This document shows, one piece after another, positions 10,940 to 21,400 of a stretch of 64,000 bases of DNA. The stretch comes from Podarcis erhardii (Eukaryota). The stretch lies in the NCBI GenBank assembly GCA_964252035.1, contig OZ176200.1; one strand, 5' to 3'. Within the stretch, counting starts at the first letter, position 1. Each line of letters starts with the position of its first letter. The notes under the pieces are model-generated. The model searched no databases and was not told where the DNA came from. It was given only the letters and a program-made list of their open reading frames with translations. The translations under genes and the position numbers were made by a program.

Positions 10940-12150
10940 TCCCTGTGGAGATTTGCTGTACAGCAACACATAAATGAGGGTCAGAGTAGGTTTAAATGGT
11001 GGTGTGACTGATGCTTTCAGAATGTTGCGAGGAGTGAAGCAAGGTTGCATTATGGCTCCCACTCATTTTAGCATTTATATGAATTATTTGGTGCCATATT
11101 GAGCCAATGCAAACACCCCTCTCCAGTAATTAGGAACAATCTCAATCTTGATGTATGCAGATGATTTAGTGCTCCTCTCTCATTCCCGATTGGGTCTCAA
11201 AAAGCTCCTGGAGGTGTTCAGCAAAAAACAATAAATTGGGAAGCCTATCCATAAAATACTCTAAGACCAAGATTATGCTTTTTGGCAAACACAGTCCTAG
11301 GCAGTGCTATTTAGAAAAAGAGGTGCCAGAACTCACTATGAACACCTCCCTTGTTCTTATAATGACAATGATGCCCACCTGAAAGGTGTGAGACCAAGTT
11401 CTGCTGAATTCTGACTTTAAAAAGTGCCCTGGTTCTAGGTATAAATGGTGTTTAGATCAGAAAGCTACAGAACACACTTGCTCATTTAGATACCATACCT
11501 GGGTCTACTCTTTAGTGAAACCCTCTTTTGGAAGTGCCATATGGAGGCAGTGAAAGCCAAAGCACAAAAAACCATAGCGGCATTGATGAAGTTCTGTTAC
11601 AATAAGGGAGGGAAGCTGATTGAACCTGCCGTAAAAATATTTGGTAACAAACCACTTATTCAAATCCTCTTTGTAGCATTGAAATATGTGGCTTTGATTC
11701 AGCTCCATTAAAGTTTTGGAAATTGCGCAGAATGTTTCTCCCCCCCCCCCCAAAAAAAAGCTATATTCTCTACAAACAGGAATATCAGCAGCTTGTCCTC
11801 ATAAAGAACCAGTTAAGGCAAGAGTGGATAGTTATAGTATATTTTTAAAAATACTACTATGCCTATTGAGAGTTTTCCTGTACTGTGCTGTATGGAATTG
11901 GGTGAAAACCAACTCTGGGAATCAGCTTGTCAAGATGTTTTAGATCATTATTGTTTTCTAGAACTGAGCTCTGCTTTGACCTTGAATAAGTGTCAACTAA
12001 GGGATTGGCTCTGCTGGATAGAATCCAGAAAGGACCTGCAGCTAATTAGAAATACCACATTCTCTCCCCCCACTCCCCGGTATCCACTCTTGATAACTAT
12101 TTCAGTGAAGCATAGATTAGAAAAAGCCTACTGCTAAATAATACAACAAA
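10940..12150 (+). mobile_element. Decayed non-LTR retrotransposon reverse transcriptase fragment (clade not resolved; ends approximate)
   Basis: Translates VRVG...RGVKQGCIMAPTHFSIYMN and LMYADDLVLLS (YADD at 11154-11165) with frameshifts; interrupted at 11302-11431. Confidence 0.75.
11302..11431. mobile_element. hAT-type MITE (family B) inserted in the RT remnant
   Basis: Ends CAGTGCTATTT / AAAGTGCCCTG; 8-bp TSD gtcctagg / gttctagg; related copy at about 23863-23981. Confidence 0.75.
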
Positions 12151-12517
12151 TGAATGGCCATGGTATATGAAGCTTAGGGTGCTTCAAATGTAACACCAAC
12201 CATAATTTGGTGTTATGAGAACGTAGTATCATTTTCAGGCAAATGGAAATGATGGTTTTCCAGTTTGGATGAAAAAGCAAGCCAGCTAAGTTTCAGTCCT
12301 GATTTTCAGTAATCAGTTACTGATTTTCAGGAATCAGTAATGTACAAGGGAAGAGAATGTGCAAGTCAAAGACTCCTCAGGCATTCTTACATTCCTGAAT
12401 GTAAACCCATGGTTGAATAGCCCATTAAAGTTGTTCAGATCTCAGTGATGTTTGTCACATGGGGCAAAAATGAAGTAGAAACACAAAGTCTATATGGCTA
12501 GGCTGTGGAATTTTCAA

Positions 12518-12768
12518 CACAATATTCAGCAGTCAGATTCAACCATAATCTAAAGTCCTTTAACATCTCATGTCTCAGGAATGGTGAGCCTGTGACCTTT
12601 CAGACGTTGTTGGACTCTAACCTTCATCTTATCTAGCCAGCATTGTCAATGATCAGGGATGATAGGAACTGTAATCCTACATCAGAAGGATCACAGGTTC
12701 ACCATTCCTAGAGCATGGGATGTTAAAGGAGTTTAGATTATGGTTGAGTCTGAACGCTGAATATTGTG
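12518..12768. mobile_element. Compound palindrome: family A MITE core within about 55-bp inverted arms
   Basis: cacaatattcagc...taacatctcatg (12518-12572) is the imperfect reverse complement of 12714-12768. Confidence 0.65.
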
Positions 12769-13040
12769 CGTTGGTGGAGTCTTGCGCAACTCCTTTATTT
12801 TGCTGACTTTTGTTTAAAAGCATTTAGATCTGGATCAGATTTTTAAATGAATAGGCATATTTAGCTACAACACTACCTGACACTAGGGAAAATGAGATTT
12901 CAAAAAATATTTTCACTGTGTCTGCCTCCAAATGGAGAACAGACCTAAGATCCAGACCTAAGATCCAGAGTAAGAGGAATTATTTCATAATATGATAGGA
13001 ATAATTAAGATATGCTTAACTCTCTGCTAGAAGTAGGATC

Positions 13041-13590
13041 AGTCTCCACTGAACACTCAAGTTTTTTAGGTGGTATGAATTTTGTCTATAGTGTTTGGTC
13101 TGTGGTGGTCATTTCAGTAAGCTTCTCAGTCATGTGATACCAACCTTTTTTTGGACCTGTGGGTACACATAAATTGGATAAACTGTTGAGAGTGCCACAC
13201 ACCTCATCCAAATGCACACCACATGTTCTGTTAGCTACAGTCGGAGTCCTTTTTTAAAGCTTAACTTAGCAGGGTAAGGTGCTCCAGGGAAGGCTTCTGT
13301 AGGTGTATGTGCACACCCAGGAACCACATTGGTGATCCCAGTTCTAAGTCATCAAGTGAGGAAAATGTATATGTAAATTCGTCCATAAAGCTGTATAAAC
13401 AAATACCACATGAGTTTTGTCCACCAGAATCCCAAATACCCAGAACTCCAAATTCTTTCCCATCCACTAGTTTGGCAATGTCTACATTCAACAACCAGTT
13501 TTCCATGTTCAGCAAGAGTCTTCTTTCTGTACATGGGATGTAAAAATAATAAATTCTCCTGCTAAAAAGAATATCAGTAGCATATCTGCC
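13041..13590 (-). pseudogene. Degenerate Rho-family GTPase-like sequence, antisense in ARHGAP1 intron 1
   Basis: Stop-free frame 13590-13261 reads GR..ILFSR...YIP...ENWLLNV...VDGKEFGVLGIWDSGGQ...DEFTYTFS..DDLE.....W...V, in Rho motif order. KKD(L)R-like (about 13255-13241) and LECSVET (13061-13041) follow in other frames. The P-loop position carries TGA stops. Confidence 0.45.
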
Positions 13591-15275
13591 TCATAGAGCT
13601 CATAACTTATTCTTAAGTGCTTTGCTAGTGCAGATCTGGCAAAACTGTAGCCCCCCAACACTGCAGTGATCCAGTTGTGCACCATGAGTTGAGAATATTC
13701 AGAATCCCTTGGTAGAAGAAAGCTTGGGGCTGTCTGCATCCTGCTGCCAGGGTAGGTTTTTTTGGACAATTTCAGATAACTGTGAAAGTAAGTTGCTGGA
13801 ATTAGAGTTGTTTCAAAACGAATGAGTCACGGCAAATGCTGGTTAGAGTTTCCATAGAAACTGGGTATATTGCTAAGGGCAGATGGTTGACTGCAATTTA
13901 AGCATGGTTACAGCATTAGCTAATAGCTCAGAGGAGCAAAGTGTCTTGCTCTTTACCCCCACTGAGGTCAAGCATCTCCTCCAGCCTGGAGAGACTAGCA
14001 AAGAATAGCTGAGGCTGACTTTGCTGATCTGCTGTGCCCTGAATACTTCCTGATCTGCCTTGAAGATCATCTGCCCATATATGTCGTGTTTTGTCTGGTT
14101 ACAGGAATGCAATTTGACTTGCTGCGCAATAAGCTTACAGCCATCTGGAAAATAAGGACAATGAAATAATTGTGTAAGCATTGAAGGAGAAGGGAAGAGG
14201 TCTTGTGCAAATCACAGCTCCCTTCAACACTCAGAATTTGGACAAACACTGGTGAATTTTTTGGGAAATGTCCAGAGATTCCCTTAACGAAGCATGAGTG
14301 ACATTCATTTGACCTTCTCTGACCATATATTTATTGAAATGCTAATATTGATCTCTGATATTAGCTGTAGCATTAGCTTTGGTCACAGTAACTTAACTTC
14401 TCTTTGAGGGCTGATGTTTTAGACCGGTTGTTTTCGGAGGCACTTTCTGTTTCTTCTTGTTTCATGATAGAATTGTGTTCATGTCCTACCTCTTGAGAAC
14501 AATGATTAACCTTTCTAGTGATCTCATATATGTGGTTATTTATTGACCAGTGGTGTGCCTCCTTTGGTGGTGACTCTAATCAGGAGTCCATTAATGTTTT
14601 AGTGAACATTCAAAATTCCAAAACTGTTGTCTTTCTCAAGCTAAGAATGACATTTCTTCATGGAGAAGGTCCAAAAGTACTAGGAACTGAATTCTTCTCA
14701 AACTCCAGAACTCTTTGGCTGCTTTTTCAACATGCGCCACTCAAGGACAACCTGTCTATTGTTGAATCTGCCCCCTCACAGTTCTGCTTGTAGCACTGTG
14801 AAGAATCCTCATGTGTGTCTCTGTTGTTGGTTTGATAGGCCAGTGGGGGAAGGAGTATTTGGGCACCCTTCCAGTGCAACACCTTGCTGTGCAAGCTGTT
14901 TGGCTATTTGCCAACTCTGCCAATGGAGCGCAGGAAATGGGAGCCTTTAGAATCAATGCGTCAGGCAGGGGGTTGGTGTAATCTGTTGCATTTCCCTGCC
15001 GTTTTGGCTTGTATGCTACAAACAGAAAGCAACCAGGCCGTATTTGCACAGGAGGGGGAAATGGATGGAGTACAGCCAGTGGTGTTCCCCTAGCCAGCCC
15101 CCTCTCACCTTTGATATGAGGAAAAGTTCTTCTGGACAAGACATCTGTGGCAATATATAAAGGAGCAGCTTTGGGAGATGATATTGAAGATTGCTATGTA
15201 TTTGCGTGCTTGATCTGTGAATCTCTGTGCTCTTCCTTCTGGGGTTTTTAGGAGAGCAGTTAAAGCTTGGAAAAC

Positions 15276-15408
15276 ATGGAGCAATACCCAGATCTACAGG
15301 AAGACCTGAGTTTGGAGGATACCAATGAATCCCTTAATCAGCTCAAATTGGCCTCTCTAGATGATAAGAACTGGCCACCAGATGAAGTGCCTGTTTTTCC
15401 TAAGTCAG
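15276..15408 (+). CDS. ARHGAP1: ARHGAP1 coding exon 1 ([27 protein letters not shown]...)
   Basis: Acceptor before 15252, ATG at 15276, donor TCAG|gtgagt. Confidence 0.95.
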
Positions 15409-18400
15409 GTGAGTACTTTTACTAGCAATGAAGTGACTAGAAAGGAATCTATATGCTGCAGCACTAATATTAAAATATACCTTTAATAGCTTTTTATTTA
15501 TTAGATTTATTTATATCCAGACTTTCAGGATAGGCAGCATCCAAATGATATCAAAATAATAACATAATAAATAAGTGGAAAAATAACAAGATTCAGGGTT
15601 CAGCAGGTTCTTTTTGTGTTATATTCTTGCATGATAGTTGTATGCAGTATAGCCCTGTGGGGGCAAGGGTAGTCTAGTGGAGCGCACTCTGAGGTCTTTG
15701 CCTGTCTGTGTCTCTTTCCTCTTTAAGATGCTGCAGAAGTACTAGTTAGCCCCTGTATCTAAACTGGGATGTAGATCTTATCTAAATGGGGTGGTGAGAG
15801 CATGGAATGCTACAGACCTTATATGCCAGAGAAGTATCTGTCTCTCTGTGCAGTGTAAATAGTTTATTCTAGTGAATGAATGTGGAATTCTGTAGTGGAG
15901 AATTTTAGATCATTGATTACTTTCCACTTATAGTGTGTTTATACATTTGAGGCAAATACTGACAAATAAGCTAGCACAATTGGTCTGAATGCATGCAATG
16001 TTTTGTATTGAACATAAAATGAACAATTGCACAAAACTAATGATATTCATCACAGTTCCTTCTGGTTCCGTGATATACCTGATCCCTTCTCTGTGTTTTT
16101 GTATCTTCGTATAGCTGGGCTGGTTTTTATGTTCTCTGCACTTTCCTCTCACCCCATCCCCTTTATTTTAAAATGTAGATGACTTCAAGGGCTCCCCTGA
16201 CCCTGTCACTCACTTACGATGGGATGACCCATACTACGACATTGCTAGACACCAGATTGTGGAAGTGGCAGGTAATGGGTTCTTTTCATTTCTTTGTCTT
16301 CTACTTCAGAAAGCATTTTGATACGGCATAATGACTTGGGATATAGGGTCGATTTTATTGTTTTGCTGTTTTGTTTTATTTATGTTCATGTTTTTATCCT
16401 GTATTTTATTCTGTGAACTGCCCTGAGATCTTATGATGAAGGGCAGTATATAAATCTAATAAAAAAGTAAAAAATAAAAAATAAAATAAAATAAAATAAA
16501 ATAAACCAGCCCAGCAGTGGCCCAACAATAGGTTGGATCCCAAGTTGTCTTTTAGTGAATGATAGGATTCCTTCTGTTTGTAGAAGGAGCCAAGATCCAG
16601 CAGAGGCTCCTGCTGGAGGAAGCAAGCAGGGAGGAAGCTGTTTTTGCCTGTTCCCCTTGCAGGTCACGGCACAACTGTCCATGCTGTCCTGGAAGATTCT
16701 TTGACTCGTAGGTGCAGTTCTGCCCATGGGTAGTCTGGATCCAGCCAAATAGCTTGATTCACATAGTGGTCATCGTCGTTGTGAAAATAGCAATTGTACA
16801 GAGGAAGAGAACTTTGAGAACCATGGGCCCATTAGAGTTATTTGATAGTCACTTGAAGCAGCAATCTGACCCCAGACTTACAAACTACGTTATGAACTCC
16901 TCAGTCAGATGTTGCATTGGCTGATAGTACCATGAGTTACTGAGGTTTGGTTGGCTGGGGTCTGGAGAAGGGCCTTTTCTATTGTAGCATCTGCTCAATG
17001 GGATGCATTCCAGGGTGGATGAGTTCCAAAAGTGGGATGTTTCCACCAACTGTTGAAGACCTGTCTCTTTCTCCTGGCATTTCCTGACAATGTCACCAGT
17101 TTCTGTTGTTCCAGTTACTGTGGTTATTGCAATAATGTTTTTACTTGATTTTAATTGTTTGTTTTACTTGATTTTGATGGATTTTGTGTATTGTGAACTG
17201 CATCAACATTTTTGCTAATGAAAAGTATCACATAAGCTTTGAGAATACATTCTGATAAATAGTGACTATAGCATACTGGACTTAGAAGAGCTCAAATCCA
17301 TGGTCTGCCATGAAGTCTACTAGATGACCTTGGGTCATTCATTGGCTTGTATCCGACTGAGTCATACTCAGAATAATTTAATTCCATTGATTGCAGTGTG
17401 TCCACTGTCAGTAAGACAAAATCAGATAGAACCCATTATCCCTCATCCTGGCCTACCACATAGAGTTGTTATGAGAATAAATAGCAGGAAGGGAGGACCA
17501 CGAACACGTACTGTACCTCACCTTGAGTTCTTTGGAGAGAAGAAGGTGGGAGAAAAATGGTATGTGCAAACCTGAAAACTCATTCTCCCGAAGAAAAACT
17601 GTTTTAACTTGTTTGCAGGCTAGAAGAGACTCTGCATGTGTGCCTCTAATTTTCCTGAGCCATGGCAAATCCCTCAACTGTCTGAACAAATCAGTCAACT
17701 TTAGGTGACTGCCAAGTCACACTTGAGTCCAGAGCATCAGTGGGCAACCTGTGAACTTCCCTATGTTGCTGGACTCCAGCCCCAACCAGAATTGCCAATG
17801 GTAATGGAATATGAGAAATGTAGTCCAGTATCACCTGGAATGCCACAGGTTCCCCACTTCTCCTGCGGAGCATCCTGGAGTGTGGAATTGTGCCACAGCT
17901 GCAAGGAAAGAGTTAAATCTTAATTATTTTTTTTTAAAAACTTATTGATAAATGCAATACGTACAAACACAAAACAGAACACTAAACAAGCTTATTATAC
18001 ATAGATACACACACCTCTCAATTTAGATTATAAAAAAAGAAAACAAACAAACAAAACATACAAGCATAAATCTTGACTTCCCTCCACCTATGTGTGGCTT
18101 CCTTTATTTCTTCTTTTCGCTGTGTTATCACTATTATTTTTGTCTATCTCATCTTATACCCATTTCTTCTTAATTTTTTACTCTATAAGTTTCATTCATT
18201 GCATATTGATATATTAATACCAGAACAATGTTTTTTTTTTATAAATATTTATTAAGATTTTAAAATATAAATGCACACATAATAAACAATCTTATTTCTG
18301 TCATAACAATTTCATCACTTCTTTGGACTCCCTCACGTCTCCCCGCTCCCATTTGCATTGTTAAAAATTTTTCCACACAAATTATCAACTTGTTTTCAAT

Positions 18401-21400
18401 CTCATGTCCATTCATTCAAATATAATCTAGCACTTCTTCCCAAAAAATTTTATATTTTCTTTAGTCTCACTTATCATCAAATTTAGATCTAATTTAGTGG
18501 TGAGCAGTTTTTTATAATCCAGCATCCTTCTTAAGATTCAACCAAATTACAATGTTTTTGTAAATACATTTTGAATTTCTCCCAGTCTTCCTCCATCTTC
18601 TCTTCTCCCAGATCACGGATTCTGCCGGTCATCTCGGCCAGTTGCATATAGTCCATCAGCTGCATCTGCCACTCTTCCAGTGTGGGTAGATCTTGAGTTT
18701 TCCAGAACAATGTTTTTTGATGTATTCCTTCACGCAAGTCCACTCCTCTATCAAGTTTTTGGTCTGATTGACCTCTTACCACTGCTGTAAGACTTGCTGA
18801 ATCTATATATTCACAAAATCTTATTTTCCATTCTCTTATTGAGGGAGTTTTTTCTCCCTTCCAATTTTTTGCTATAATCATTCTGGCCGCAGCGGTTGCA
18901 TATAAGAAAACTTTTTTCCTAGTGGCAGGAATGTCAGTCGATATAATTCCCAAGAGGAACGCCTGTGGGGTTTTTTACATGATATTTTAAGCATTTTTTA
19001 AAGTTCCTCTTGAATGTCACTTCAAATTTTTTAATATACACACACTCCCACCACATATGATACATGGTTCCTATCTCTGTTTTATATCTCCAGCACAAAT
19101 TAGATTTTGATTTATAAATTTTTGCCAATTTGACCGTGGTTAAATACCATTGATATATCATTTTCATTATATTTTCTCTGATTGTGACACAGGCTGTGAA
19201 TTTGATATCATATTTCCATAATTTCTCCCATTGATCTAAACAAATCATGTGGCCTATATCTGTGGCCCACTTAATCATAACTTCCTTCACCTCTTCATCT
19301 TTTAATTCCCATTCTAATAATAGATTATACATTTTAGATAATATCTTTTTAGGATTTTTTAATAACTCTCTATGTAGTTTTGATTCTTCTTTGCCAAATC
19401 CGATAATCTTATCCTGCCTGAATAGGTGATCAATTTGATAATATTGTAGTCATGTATTACAATATTGGCCAAGTTCTTCATAAGATCTTAACCTTAATTG
19501 GCCTTGATCTTCTTTTACTAATTGCTGATATGTGACCCATTTGCCTTCCGTATTTTTCTTTTTTCTTTTTTTCCTTACGTTTGACTGACATTCCTGGGTT
19601 GTCCCATATGGCTGCTTCACTTAACATTGTTTGCCGTTCAGTTACTGATTTTAGCAAACTTGGTTTCCTGCAAAGAGGAATTATGCTGTGTAAATGATTG
19701 CTGGCAGTGCTGTTCAGAAACTGGAGGCAGGAATAAATGCTGGGAGTTTATTTATCACCAGCTTTTGCTTTTGACCATTATGCCAGGTATTGCAACAGTA
19801 CATCCTCTTGGCTATACAGACCATTATTCATAGAATCATAGAATTATAGAATCATAGAATCATAGAGTTGGAAGAGACCACAAGGGCCATTGAGTCCAAC
19901 CCCCTGACAAGCAGGAAACACCATCAGAGCATTCCTTATGCACATTGATAGCTACTGCCAACCATTGCAATATAGAAGTGAAGACTGGTTAATTTATAGC
20001 AAGCAATTGATCGTTAGAAAAGGGAAGAAATTGAAATGGCAAATGATCTGGAAGAAGTAGGAGCTGTGCTTAGCTTTTACTTACGCTTTTACTTACATTT
20101 TACTAACATCTGCCTGGAGTTCATCTCCTCCCTTCTTGGTAGCAGTGTTTGTTTTGGGCTCTAAAATTACTGAATTCTCTGGAGTTTCTCTGCTCCAGAC
20201 ATTCTGGCTGCTCAGGATAGTTCAAGGAATGGTTATTTCCTCTGAGACAAAACAGATCTTAACAGTTTTTGAATTTAGTTTTGATTTTCAGTGTGTGACC
20301 TGAGAAGTCCTCAGGATGGGATAGTTCTCCCCTCCCATTCCAGATACATTGGGGATATCTTTCTATTCCCTGGGATGGTGAATTGACATTAAACAATTAA
20401 TCAAACAAAGATCCCCAGTGTTAAGTTACTAGATGAGTTCAAGCAAGGTATTTTCTGATACGCATTGTATTCAAATGTATAATAATAGCTCTATTGCTGA
20501 CATCCCAGGATTTCAGCCAATTGAATGAGCTTCATTAACATCATGCCCAGCTCTGGCAGTATTGCACATTCATATACTTTGATAAATAAAGAATTCCCTA
20601 ACAACTGACATATCCTTTTCCACTATTGATAACATTAGTTATTTCTTTGTTCATATGTATGTATTTTGAAGTGCTTTCCCCTGTAGGACTATGTATTACT
20701 GAAGAGTCATTTCACTTAATATTTTTTTAACTGGCAACCACATGCCTTAGATTCCTCTAACATCTATCACCCAGAGCGCTAGTACTGTGTTGGCTTCTGA
20801 CATATTGAATGATGGAAGAAATCTCTTCACTGTGGGCTCCCTTAGCTCTCAACATGGTTCTGTGAATTTTCAGTGCCTATTAGGCTTGTGGGTGGAGTTG
20901 CAGTGTGAGTGAAGAGCAAGCTGGAATTTAACAAATAGCTATATATCTTTAAAATGTGGATTGCATAGATGCATTTCTAGCACCACTAGTATACTCAATA
21001 TTTAGAGAATCATCTCAGAAAGTAAAAGCTTTGAATACACATAAATGTGTAGGCTCTTTATTACTATACTTACAATAGAGGCACATTGGCAAGGGTTGTG
21101 TGGGATTGTATATACTGCCAATAGCCTCCATTTACTGAAATTCCCTGTTCAGAGTTCTTGTCCTAATTAGGAAAGGTTAATTTGTCCACCTTTTGCCAAT
21201 TTTTTTTAAAAAAAGCACAACTAAACTAAACAAAATGACTGCAAAGAAATAGTTTGACTAGATGCTGTATCTGTTGGCAGCTATCAATGTCTTGAAGGCA
21301 TTTCAAGGCTAATTTTGTTTCTTCTATCTCCAGGTGACAACCTGAACCACTGCTGCTACTGATTGATAGCTTGCACAATGGAAGCAGGAGGCTCTTTTTA

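Noticed and set aside
13307-13543. Plus-strand ORF with an ENVYVN phosphotyrosine-like word as an extra ARHGAP1 exon
   Set aside because: No convincing splice pair or family resemblance; the opposite strand has the stronger collinear motif set.
18531-18953. 140-aa ORF as a gene
   Set aside because: It is a chimera across the junction of two L1 fragments, defined by the TSD.
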